A stretch of DNA of 64,000 bases from an uncultured bacterium (GTDB lineage Bacteria; Fidelibacterota; UBA2242; JAFGTP01): contig CAZCHS010000003.1 of assembly GCA_964498725.1 (NCBI GenBank), forward strand, positions 17,360 through 81,359, given 5' to 3'. A program made the translations under genes and the position numbers. Every line of letters begins with the position of its first letter. Positions within the stretch are counted from its first letter, which is position 1. The notes under the pieces are model-generated. The model was given only the letters and a program-made list of their open reading frames with translations. It had not been told where the DNA came from and made no database searches. Positions 37,766-47,600 of this stretch are shown one piece after another.

Positions 37766-40700
37766 GTGAACAATAAATTTAGAATACTATTTTTAATACT
37801 ATTTTTCAGCCTTTCATCCTTTGCGCAATTTTCCGATTACAATCATCCGGAGTTGGAGTGGTTGACTTTTGAGACGGAGCACTTTTTTGTGCATTATCAT
37901 GACGGAGCGGAGTGGACAGCCAAAGAAGCCGCTAAAATCGCTGAAACCATCTATCCGCTGGTCACAGATTTTTATGACTTTGAACCCAGTGACAAAACCG
38001 AACTGATCATTAAGGACACCGATGATATTGCCAATGGCGCGGCCTATTATTTTGATAACAAAATCGATATTTGGGCGTCGGCGCTGGACTTTGAACTGCG
38101 CGGCGCCCATCGTTGGTTGCGCAATGTGATCACCCATGAATTTGCCCACATCGTTACCCTGCAGAAAACCATGAAAGCGTCACGGAATATTCCCGCTTTT
38201 TATCTTCAGTATATGGGTTATGAAAAAGAGAAGCGTGAAGATGTGGTGCGGGGTTACCCCAATGTGATTGTTTCCTATCCGATACCCACAGTAGTCATTC
38301 CCATGTGGCTGGCGGAAGGTGTGGCGCAATACCAATATCCCGGTTCCAGCAATGATTTCTGGGACTCTCATCGTGATATGATCATTCGTGACCGCATTTT
38401 TAATAATAACCTGTTGTCTTTTCAGGATATGGAGAGTTTCGGGAAATACGGTATCGGCAGCGAATCGGTTTACAACCAGGGGTATGGCCTGACAAAATTC
38501 ATCGCGGAAAATTACGGGCAGGAAGTCCTGCCGAAATTAATGCAGGAATTGTCCAATCCTTTTCAATTCAGTATTAACAGCGCAATGAAAAAAGTGGTCG
38601 GGAAATCCGGTGAAGAGGTGTATGCCGAATGGAAGGCCCACTTAACGAAAAATTACTATCAGTACACTGAAAATATTCGGGATCATCTGCAGGTGGGTGA
38701 CAATATTCTGGAAGAAGGAATTTCCCAACTTTATGCCAATTGGGCCAATGATGAGGAAATCTATTATCTTTCCAGTAAGGGAACTGATTTTTTTTCACTG
38801 ACCTCTTTATACCGTTACAATATTAAAACTAAAAACGATAAAATGATCGCGCCATTGATAAAATCGAGAACTGAAATCAGCAATGACGGCCGCTACCTCT
38901 ATTATTCAAAAAAGAGTAAGCCCAACAAGCGCGGCTCGGTTTTCAATAATATTTACAAGTATGATCTGAAGGAAGAGGAAGAAATTCAATTGACAGAAAA
39001 TCGCCGGGCCAAAAATCCGGCGCTTTCCAAAGATGAAAATCAGTTGATCTTTGTTCATAGTGCCAATGGAAAATATCAGATTATTCGATTGACACTGGCC
39101 GATGAAAAAGAAGATATGACAGAAGAAGTGCTGGCGGAATTTGATAATGGTGTCCAGGTGCACAATCTGCATTATTCAGCAGACAATAAGTCAATCGCTT
39201 TTGATATGACTGTCAATCATGGCCGTGATGTATTACTGCTGGATATGGAGTCTTTGGAAATGACCGCCATGCTCAATGAAAAGTATGATGAACGGGACCC
39301 TTATTTCAGCCCTGATGGAAAATGGCTCTATTATTCTGCTGACCGGACCGGTATTTTTAATATTTATCGCAAGTCCCTGGAAAACGGCACAATCCAGCAG
39401 GTCACCAATGTTAAAGGCGGCGCTTTTATGCCCGCTGTTAATACAAAAGGCGAATTGGTCTACTCACATTTCGAAAACTCTAAATATAAGATTGCTTATC
39501 TGAAGGAATTTCAACCGGTTGAAGATGAGAATGCAACATATTTGGAAGATTATGAAACCCGGCATTATCCGATGATGAAAATAAAGGACTTTCCCGAGGT
39601 GGAAGAAAATGAATACGCCATGCGTTATTCCAAAGTTTTTGTGTTGCCGAAATTGATGATTGATTACGGAACCGCAAAACCGGGATTTTATTTTTTCACA
39701 TCGGAGATACTCAATCAGTTCAATCTCTTTGGCGGCGCGTCCATCAATAAGAATATGGAACATGATGTTGCCGCCCTGATCGAATATAAAAAACTGGAGC
39801 CGACAATATTTTTAGAATATTATGATATCTCCCGCGGACTTTACAATAAAAAAAGCCTGGTGAGCGGACATCCCGGAAAATTTGATTTCCATTTTCACCT
39901 GCAGCAATTAATTGTTGGCGCCACCCGGCCTTTTTCGGATATTCATAATTTGCGGCTTGATGTTTCTTTATCGCGATATAATACCACTGTGGATCAGACC
40001 TTTGAGGATGCGAAAATTTACACCAATGGCTTTACTTATGATTATTATCAGGGGCTCAATTTTATGCTCACCTGGGACATGGATGCCATGCTGCCAACAG
40101 TAAATAAAGAGACAAATCCGGATAACGGCCTGGAATTGAAAACTATATTTTACCGGAATTATGATAAGTTTCTGGAAGAATTTGGCATTCATGAAGATTA
40201 TGGAACACTGAAAGAAATTTTTCGTAAGAACAACTACTGGAAAATCGAACATGAAGGGAAATGGCACCACAAATATTTTGGTTCGGAACTGGTGGGAAAT
40301 TTAGGTTGGCAGGCCGGCTGGATATCAAAACCGGACATCGACTCATTCTTTAATTTTTTCGCCGGAAGCGCGCCGGGGTTACGCGGCTACCCTTTCTATG
40401 CCATTGAAGGCCGTAACCTGTTTACGCTGGAATACACCTTCCGCTACCCGCTTTTTAAACAGAAGAATTATCGTTTCGGACCTTTCAATCTGCAAAACGC
40501 CTTCATCGGTACTTTTGTGGAAACCGGTAATGCCTGGAGCCAGGTGCCGGGTTACAAAGACCTGCATTGGGACGGTGTGGTGAATGATTTTACCGGTGTC
40601 ACCAATAATCTGCTCAAGGATTTTAAGAGTGATGCAGGTGTGGAACTTAGATTTTCGGGATTTTCTTTTTATGGATATCCCACTGCCATTTCACTGGATA

Positions 40701-40804
40701 TGGCTTATGGCTTTGATAAAATCGAAGTCATTGATCAGGAAGATAATGTTAATGAATATGGAAACGAACTTAGAACTTATTTAACCATATTATTTGGACT
40801 ATAA
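37766..40804 (+). CDS. Tripartite envelope protein: gluzincin-like N-domain (HEFAH), PD40/TolB-like beta-propeller repeats and a C-terminal Omp85/beta-barrel-like region
   Basis: 1012 aa. GTG start with a GGAGA RBS, and a signal peptide. HEFAH lies at 38135-38149, with a downstream WLAEGVAQY (Glu-ligand-like). PD40-like repeats include DGRYLYYS, SPDGKWLYYSADRTGIFNIYR and TKGELVYSHFENSKYKIAYL. The last ~350 aa are beta-rich and aromatic/Gly periodic. Confidence 0.6.
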   Translation: MNNKFRILFLILFFSLSSFAQFSDYNHPELEWLTFETEHFFVHYHDGAEWTAKEAAKIAETIYPLVTDFYDFEPSDKTELIIKDTDDIANGAAYYFDNKIDIWASALDFELRGAHRWLRNVITHEFAHIVTLQKTMKASRNIPAFYLQYMGYEKEKREDVVRGYPNVIVSYPIPTVVIPMWLAEGVAQYQYPGSSNDFWDSHRDMIIRDRIFNNNLLSFQDMESFGKYGIGSESVYNQGYGLTKFIAENYGQEVLPKLMQELSNPFQFSINSAMKKVVGKSGEEVYAEWKAHLTKNYYQYTENIRDHLQVGDNILEEGISQLYANWANDEEIYYLSSKGTDFFSLTSLYRYNIKTKNDKMIAPLIKSRTEISNDGRYLYYSKKSKPNKRGSVFNNIYKYDLKEEEEIQLTENRRAKNPALSKDENQLIFVHSANGKYQIIRLTLADEKEDMTEEVLAEFDNGVQVHNLHYSADNKSIAFDMTVNHGRDVLLLDMESLEMTAMLNEKYDERDPYFSPDGKWLYYSADRTGIFNIYRKSLENGTIQQVTNVKGGAFMPAVNTKGELVYSHFENSKYKIAYLKEFQPVEDENATYLEDYETRHYPMMKIKDFPEVEENEYAMRYSKVFVLPKLMIDYGTAKPGFYFFTSEILNQFNLFGGASINKNMEHDVAALIEYKKLEPTIFLEYYDISRGLYNKKSLVSGHPGKFDFHFHLQQLIVGATRPFSDIHNLRLDVSLSRYNTTVDQTFEDAKIYTNGFTYDYYQGLNFMLTWDMDAMLPTVNKETNPDNGLELKTIFYRNYDKFLEEFGIHEDYGTLKEIFRKNNYWKIEHEGKWHHKYFGSELVGNLGWQAGWISKPDIDSFFNFFAGSAPGLRGYPFYAIEGRNLFTLEYTFRYPLFKQKNYRFGPFNLQNAFIGTFVETGNAWSQVPGYKDLHWDGVVNDFTGVTNNLLKDFKSDAGVELRFSGFSFYGYPTAISLDMAYGFDKIEVIDQEDNVNEYGNELRTYLTILFGL

Positions 40805-40816
40805 AGGAGGATACTC

Positions 40817-41725
40817 ATGTTAAAGAAGCTGGTTTTATTATTTTGTGTTGTATTTTTGTTACCAATGATGGCATTGGGTCAAAATTTCGACATGCGAGCC
40901 TTTAAAAATACATCCGCCTCAAAACAACAACTTATGGCAATGCAATATGAGAATGAAAATTCCTATGAAGCGGACAGTGTCAGATTTGATTATGAAAAAT
41001 CCCCTGGCCTGGCTTTTTTAATGTCAGCAGTTGTGCCGGGTGCCGGTGAATTGTATACCGGTAAGTGGGGACGGGCCATCGGATTTATTGGTATGGAAGC
41101 ACTTTTTTGGGGAATGCATTTTTCCAAAAAAAACCAGGGCCAGGATATTGAAGAAGAATATAAAGAGTATGCCGATGAGCATTGGAACCTTGAAGAGTGG
41201 GCCTCGACATATAGCGATTGGAATACCGGTAGCAATTCTCCCAGTTCCCACGGTATCCACGTAATCATTAAAACATATGAAAATGGCGAATATGTTTGGG
41301 ATGGTAATGAAAGTGATATCTTTGAGATTAAAACCGGGTCTGATTTTGCTGATCTTCGGGATTCTATCGCTGTTATGGAAGGGGATGCCATAATTGAACC
41401 AATCAAAAACCGGGATTATTACGAAAATATTGGAAAATACAATCAATTTTCTTATGGTTGGGAAGATTTTGAAACCGATTCAACTGTCAGCGACATACGG
41501 GATCATTATTTGACACGTAGGGAAGATTCCAATAACGCCTTGAAAATGGCCTCTCAGTTTGGTACTGCTGTGATCATTAACCACGTGGTTAGTGCGATTC
41601 ATGCCCAGATCATGGCCAAAACCTACAAGGCAGAGGAAAAAGACCTGACCTGGAATCTGTCACTGATGACAGATGTTCGCCGGAAATACCTGGTTAATGG
41701 GCTGAACCTGTCACTTCGTTTCTAA
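40817..41725 (+). CDS. Membrane protein of unknown function (DUF5683-like segment)
   Basis: 302 aa with a signal peptide. The hydrophobic segment LMSAVVPGAGELYTGKWGRAIGFIGMEALFWG resembles the S-A-[LV]-[LIV]-P-G-x-G-Q-x-Y motif I associate with DUF5683. A second hydrophobic helix lies near the C-terminus. Confidence 0.45.
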   Translation: MLKKLVLLFCVVFLLPMMALGQNFDMRAFKNTSASKQQLMAMQYENENSYEADSVRFDYEKSPGLAFLMSAVVPGAGELYTGKWGRAIGFIGMEALFWGMHFSKKNQGQDIEEEYKEYADEHWNLEEWASTYSDWNTGSNSPSSHGIHVIIKTYENGEYVWDGNESDIFEIKTGSDFADLRDSIAVMEGDAIIEPIKNRDYYENIGKYNQFSYGWEDFETDSTVSDIRDHYLTRREDSNNALKMASQFGTAVIINHVVSAIHAQIMAKTYKAEEKDLTWNLSLMTDVRRKYLVNGLNLSLRF

Positions 41726-41749
41726 AAAGTTTTGAAAAAGAAAGAGACT

Positions 41750-42574
41750 ATGAAGAAAATTGTTAGACTAATCTTATTGACAACAGTTATACTCTTGCTG
41801 GCCAATTGTGCCGGCAAAAATCCGAAAACCCTGGAGGATACTAATGTGTATTATGCCCAGGGAGAGGAGAAATTTGAAAAAGGGAAATACTTACAGGCCA
41901 TTGATGATTTCCGGCTCTATATTTTAAACAATCCCGGCGGCCAACTGGCTGATGATGCTCAGTATTATATCGGGGAAAGTTATTATAACCGGGAAGAATA
42001 TTTGTTGGCAATTTCAGAATTTACCCAGCTGGTGGAACGCTATAAATACAGCGAATTGCTGGTTGACGGCTATTTCAAGATTGCAATGTCCTATTATGAA
42101 CTCTCCCCAAAATATCAGCGCGACCAGTCTAATACGGAAAGAGCGCTGCGCCAACTGCAGGAATTCATTGACGCCTATCCCAATACCAATAATGCCAAAA
42201 TTGCCCAGAAAAAAATCGATGAATTACGGACAAAGTTGGGGAGAAAACTCTATGAAAGCGGTAAAATATACCGGAAAATGGGGCATTGGGACGCGGCTAT
42301 TATCTACCAGGATGATATGCTGAATTCCTATTATGATACAGAATATGCAATCTATGCCAAATATGAAAAAGCCTACTGCTATATCAAGAAACGTGATTTT
42401 AAAAAATTTGAAGAGATGAAAGAAGAGATCACTGATTCAGATGAAATCACAACCGAAGAAAAAACAGATCTACTTCAGAATCTTGAAAAAATGCTGAACA
42501 GGGAATTGCGTAAGGTTGAAAGGGAGAAAAGAAAAGAGAAAGATGAAGAACGTAGAAAAAACCGCTGGTTTTAA
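41750..42574 (+). CDS. bamD: Outer-membrane protein assembly factor BamD (YfiO-like TPR lipoprotein)
   Basis: I prefer ATG 41750 (MKKIVRLILLTTVILLLANCAG lipobox). The BamD-like TPR pattern is YYAQGEEKFEKGKYLQAIDDF...DDAQYYIGESYYNREEYLLAISEFTQLVERY. The tail is a K/E-rich coiled region. Confidence 0.75.
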   Translation: MKKIVRLILLTTVILLLANCAGKNPKTLEDTNVYYAQGEEKFEKGKYLQAIDDFRLYILNNPGGQLADDAQYYIGESYYNREEYLLAISEFTQLVERYKYSELLVDGYFKIAMSYYELSPKYQRDQSNTERALRQLQEFIDAYPNTNNAKIAQKKIDELRTKLGRKLYESGKIYRKMGHWDAAIIYQDDMLNSYYDTEYAIYAKYEKAYCYIKKRDFKKFEEMKEEITDSDEITTEEKTDLLQNLEKMLNRELRKVEREKRKEKDEERRKNRWF

Positions 42575-43157
42575 GTCGGTCTGCATCTATGGGGGTACCT
42601 TTGACCCGGTTCATAACGGGCATTTGATATTAGCAAATATTGTAAAAGAAACATTGTGTGCGGATAAGATGCTCTTTGTACCATCCTATCGACCGCCGCA
42701 TAAAACCCTGGCAAATTATTCTCGCTATGAGCATCGTTATGCGATGCTGCAGAAAGCCACGGAAAATAATCCCGATTTTATGGTTTCTGATATTGAATAT
42801 CTCAGAAAAGGCCCTTCCTACAGTCACATCACGATCGATGAAGTAAAGGACAGATTCAACCTATCCACCCGCGATCTCTATTTTCTGATTGGCGGGGACA
42901 GCCTGGTGAATTTCAATCAATGGAAAAATCCTGAAAAAATCCTTGATAGTTGCCGGGTCGTGGTCATGGCGCGGTCAAATTATAACTTTGAAAATGTAGA
43001 AAAAAAGATTCTTGACCGCGTCCGGATTCTGAGTACACCCTTGATTGAACTCTCTTCCACAGATATTCGCTATCGTGTTCAGCATGATTTGTCAATCCAG
43101 TATATGGTGCCGGAGGTTGTGGAACAATTGATACAGGAAAAGCGTTTATATATTTGA
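42543..43157 (+). CDS. nadD: Nicotinate-nucleotide adenylyltransferase
   Basis: Motifs are GGTFDPVHNGH (HxGH) and LSSTDIR (ISSTxxR). I prefer ATG 42543; the track start at 42516 is TTG. It overlaps the bamD end. Confidence 0.9.
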   Translation: MKNVEKTAGFKSVCIYGGTFDPVHNGHLILANIVKETLCADKMLFVPSYRPPHKTLANYSRYEHRYAMLQKATENNPDFMVSDIEYLRKGPSYSHITIDEVKDRFNLSTRDLYFLIGGDSLVNFNQWKNPEKILDSCRVVVMARSNYNFENVEKKILDRVRILSTPLIELSSTDIRYRVQHDLSIQYMVPEVVEQLIQEKRLYI

Positions 43158-43183
43158 TTGACTTATTATTATAAGGTGATTTA

Positions 43184-43216
43184 AAAGGCGGTGACTAACT
43201 GTTCACCGCCTTTTTG
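43184..43216 (+). terminator. Rho-independent terminator after nadD
   Basis: GGCGGTGA-CTAACTGT-TCACCGCC is followed by T5. Confidence 0.75.
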
Positions 43217-43226
43217 TATGGGGTGA

Positions 43227-43266
43227 AAGAACAACCATTGCGAAGGTTTTCAACCATTCGCAAGGT
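43227..43266 (+). repeat. Interspersed repeat family B, copy 1 (two 19-nt units)
   Basis: AAGAACAACCATTGCGAAGGTTTTCAACCATTCGCAAGGT is identical to the first 40 nt of 43387-43448. Confidence 0.85.
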
Positions 43267-43276
43267 CTCAGAGCCG

Positions 43277-43311
43277 CACCTTTCAAATGGTCGGAGACCT
43301 TTGAAATGGTG
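43277..43311 (-). repeat. Interspersed repeat family C, copy 2 (reverse orientation)
   Basis: The reverse complement reads CACCATTTCAAAGGTCTCCGACCATTTGAAAGGTG, matching 15095-15133 and 54282-54320. Confidence 0.8.
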
Positions 43312-43386
43312 CTTATGAGGGCAACTCATTGGAAACCGTTATAGCATTGGTAGAAAATTGATGGTAGAATGATTGATTGTGTTTAT

Positions 43387-43448
43387 AAGAACAACCATTG
43401 CGAAGGTTTTCAACCATTCGCAAGGTTTTCAATCATTCGCAGGGTTTT
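43387..43448 (+). repeat. Interspersed repeat family B, copy 2 (three tandem 19-nt units)
   Basis: CAACCATTGCGAAGGTTTT / CAACCATTCGCAAGGTTTT / CAATCATTCGCAGGGTTTT, preceded by AAGAA. Confidence 0.85.
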
Positions 43449-43522
43449 GATATTTTTAATCCTTGATTTATTGAACATAAACCGGCAAAATATGACATGG
43501 AAAATTAACAAAAGGACAGAAT

Positions 43523-44560
43523 ATGAGTAAATATAGTTTTCGGTATGATTACAGCGAAGGGGTCCATCCCAAAATATTAAAGGCTCTGAAAGAGACCAAT
43601 TTTATCCAGCAGGACGGGTATGGTGATGACGCCTATTGTGAAGAAGCAAAACAGATCATCCGGCAAAAAATCGGCAATCAGCAGGCTGATGTTCATTTTG
43701 TTTCCGGTGGAACCCAGGCAAATTTAGTGGTCATCGCCGCAATCCTGAAGCCCTATGAATCTGTTGTCGCAGCTGCAACCGGCCATATATTTGTGCATGA
43801 AACCGGTGCCATCGAAGCTACCGGCCATAAAATCAATACCATTCCAACCACTGACGGAAAAATCACAGCGGCGGGCATTCAGCAGGTTTTAGATGAACAT
43901 ACCGATGAGCATATGGTTTTTCCCGGCTTGGTATTCATTTCCAATTCAACAGAAATTGGTACGGTCTATAAAAAAGAGGAGATTCAGGCGATCTCGCAGT
44001 TCTGCAAAAAAAATGGTCTGTATCTTTACCTGGACGGCGCGCGTCTGGGATCGGCCCTGACTGCCGGGGACAATGATCTGACATTACCGGAATTATCTGC
44101 TTATGTGGATGCTTTTTATATCGGCGGCACAAAAAACGGCGCTTTATTGGGTGAGGCAATTGTGATCAATAATGAAGACCTGAAAGAAAAATTCCGTTTC
44201 CATATGAAACAACGGGGCGCACTGTTGGCAAAGGGACGAATATTTGGGTTAATGTTTACGGAACTTCTCAAAAATGATCTTTATTTTGAAATTGCCCGGC
44301 ATGCCAATCAAATGGCGGATAAAATTCGGGATGCGATCAGGCATGAAAATTTTGGGTTCATTACTGAAACCAGGTCCAACCAGATATTTCCCATCTTATC
44401 AAATGATATTATTGAAAAACTGGCTGAAAAATATGAATTCTATGTCTGGAAAAAAGTAGATGAAGATAGGGCTGCCATTCGCCTGGTAACTTCCTGGGCC
44501 ACAGAAGAAAAAGCTGTGGATCAATTTGTTGAGGATTTACAGGCTATCTGCCGGCAATAA
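43523..44560 (+). CDS. PLP-dependent threonine-aldolase/beta-eliminating-lyase family enzyme
   Basis: 345 aa, with Y-x-x-G-x-HP-x-I-L-x-A-L, GYGDD, SGGTQANL and the Lys context GGTKNGALLGEA. Confidence 0.75.
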   Translation: MSKYSFRYDYSEGVHPKILKALKETNFIQQDGYGDDAYCEEAKQIIRQKIGNQQADVHFVSGGTQANLVVIAAILKPYESVVAAATGHIFVHETGAIEATGHKINTIPTTDGKITAAGIQQVLDEHTDEHMVFPGLVFISNSTEIGTVYKKEEIQAISQFCKKNGLYLYLDGARLGSALTAGDNDLTLPELSAYVDAFYIGGTKNGALLGEAIVINNEDLKEKFRFHMKQRGALLAKGRIFGLMFTELLKNDLYFEIARHANQMADKIRDAIRHENFGFITETRSNQIFPILSNDIIEKLAEKYEFYVWKKVDEDRAAIRLVTSWATEEKAVDQFVEDLQAICRQ

Positions 44561-44695
44561 AATATACACCCGAGAATAATTTTTGGAATGGGGAATTCAC
44601 CAGCAGGTCGAAATCCATAAATTCTCATCATAAAATAGGAAAAAAATTTATATATTATCCATTGATTTTATAATTATGGACCAACAGGATTTTGT

Positions 44696-47600
44696 TTGAG
44701 AAATTTTATCAAATTAATTGTAATTATCATTTTTAGTTATCTGGCGGTAATGGCTGATGATAAATTACGCCTGATTCGGGCGGACCTGATGGAACAACAA
44801 CAGGCGCCCCGGGGACTGGTAAAAATAGTCTCGGGCAATGTATTATTTCGTAAAGGGGATGTCAACCTCGCCTGTCAGAAAGCTTATTGGTATGATTATA
44901 AAAATCAAATCGACTTTTATATTGATGTCGTTGTGACCAATGAAGACCGCAAACTGACGGCTGATTCATTGACCTATTATTATGATGAGGACCGGATTGT
45001 GGCGATGGGCAAACCGGAGGTCGTGGATTCCCAGCGCACGATCAGAGCGAAAAAACTGGAATATTTCACTGAAACCGATATTGTTCATGGCTTTGAACAG
45101 GTGGAATATTCAACTGCTGACAGCAGGCTATTATCTGAGAAACTGACTTTTTATGCTGACTCGTCCAAAACCATTGCCAGCAATAATTGTAAATTCATTG
45201 ACCTGAAAGAAAATAATATCCTTCAGTCCGACAGTATTTTGTATTACAATGAAAAAGATGAAATGCGCGCCTTTATCAACCCGGTCTTGATCAAAAGAGA
45301 TTCTTTGGGGAATGAAGAATACCGGATCGAAGGCGACATCATTTCCGGTGATAAGAACGAGGCTTCCTTTCTCAGCATCGGCAATGTGCGGATTTTCCAG
45401 GATGATATTGTGGCCTATGGTGACAGCGCCAACTACAATGATTCTACAGAAACCATTATACTCACCGGTAATCCAAAAGTATTGAATGAAGACCAGACCC
45501 TGAAGGGTGAAATAATTGAAGCCCGTTTAAGTGATGGGGAGATCAATAATATTCACATAATCGGGCGGGCGATTGCTACTTCAACCGGCACTGCATTTTT
45601 GCCCTTTGCAAAAGACGACACCTTACAAACGGTCAGGGATTCTGTTAAAATTCGTGATGAAATGACCGGTAAGGAAATGGAAATCTATTTTGAAAAGGGC
45701 AATATTGATTCCCTGCAGGTTTCAGGCATGGCCACCAGTTTTTATAATGTCACCGAGGATTCGGTCATCCAGGGAACCAACAGTGCCAGCGGGGATACAG
45801 TGGTGATGCAGTTTGATAATCAATCCCTCAATGAAATCACTGTCATTGGCGGTACCCAGGGAAAATTTGTACCCCATGAATCGAACCGGAGTATGGATAC
45901 AACAGTTGTTTATGCTGCCGAACGAATTGATTATTATATCCAGGACCGCCAGACTGATTTGCTTAAAAATTCCGCTGTAACCTATGAGGATGCTGAACTG
46001 ACAGCCGGAAAAATAACGGTGATGTGGAATGAAAATCTACTCTACGCTTTCCCCGATGATACAACAATCTCCGACACTTTGGATTCCTCCTGGCCGAAAA
46101 TGATCCAGCAGGGACGTGAACCCTTTATTGGCAAGGAGATGATTTACAATATTAAAACAAGGCGGGGACGTATCTATGACGGGCGGACCCACATGGATGA
46201 TGGTTATTACTATGGGGAAAATATTAGGAAAAAAGGCAAAAAGACTTTCTATATCAATGACGGTGTTTATACCACCTGTGACAAGGTGGAACCCCATTTT
46301 CATTTTCAAAGCCAAAAAATGAAAATGATCCAAAAAGATAAGATTTTGGCGCGACCGATTGTGATGTACATTCACGATATTCCACTCCTTGCGCTGCCCT
46401 TTGCCGTGATTCCCAATAAGGGAGGCAAGCGTCGCAGCGGCTGGATAATGCCCACTTATGGAAATAATAGCAATGTGGGAAATTATTTGCGTGGCCTGGG
46501 CTATTTTTGGGTGGTCAATGATTATACGGACCTGAAAATAACCACAGATTTTTTTGATGAAAAAGGCATTCGAATGAATGTTAAAAACCGGTATAAAGTA
46601 CGATACAAAATCGATGGGAATATTTTTGTTTCCTACCATGATATGATGCTGCAGGATTATCCGGAGCGGATCTGGCGGCTGAAAATAAATCATAATCACA
46701 ATATTTCGCCCACCTCTTCTTTCCGCGCCAACGGTGAGTTTGTCAATCAAGACCAGTATATGAAAAAGAATGCCATTGATCTGGAAAACCGGCTGAACCA
46801 GCAATTGATCAGTAATGCCACCTACACCAAAAAATGGCGCAACAGACCTTACTCCTTATCCGGTAACCTGAGGCAGACGATCAATCTTCAGGCTACGGAA
46901 AAAATCAAAACAGAGCCTAACAGGGCCAATATGAAACAGGCCTATGTTAACCGAACATTCCCTAGTATGAGTTTACGGCGGTCTACAGAGCGTCTGGTGC
47001 CCCTGCGCAAAGGCCAGTCAGCCAGCGAGGCCAAATGGTATAATGAAATCCGTTACAGTATCAGTTCACAATTGAGAAATAAGCAGGATATTTATTATCA
47101 AAGTGTGGCTGAGAATGATTCGGTTTTCAAATGGCAGGAAAAAAATGAAGTTAAGAATGGTGTGGAAAATAACATTTCCATCAATAGTTCCCAGAAAATT
47201 TTCTCCTATTTTTCAGTCAATCAAAATATCAGTTTACAGGAGGACTGGATTTTTGAAATGGATAAACCGGTTTATGATGAAGCGGGTAATGTGGTTGTGG
47301 AAGACGGAAAAGTACAGACCATTACACGAACAGGATTTTTCCCCCGGCATACCGGCAATATGTCAATCGGTATTAATACCAAAGTTTATGGATTGTTTCC
47401 TGTTAAAATTGGCGCCTTGCGGGCTGTGCGGCATGTCTTGACACCATCTGTGAATATGAGTTATCGACCTGATTTTACCAAAGATCTTTTTGGTTGGGAT
47501 CCCGGTTATGTGACCCATTATCAGGATGAGAATGAAAAAGAATTAAAATATGATCCTTTTCAGAATACATTGATCGGTTCCACACCCTCCAGCGAATCCA

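Noticed and set aside
43387-43448. The tandem 19-nt repeats, considered as a possible CRISPR array.
   Set aside because: The units are directly adjacent with no spacers, there are only three, they are too short, and no cas genes are present in the window.
46037-46804. A 255-aa ORF on the minus strand inside the LptD-like gene.
   Set aside because: It is a shadow ORF of a long coding region. The translation is I/F/H-rich and implausible, with no start context.
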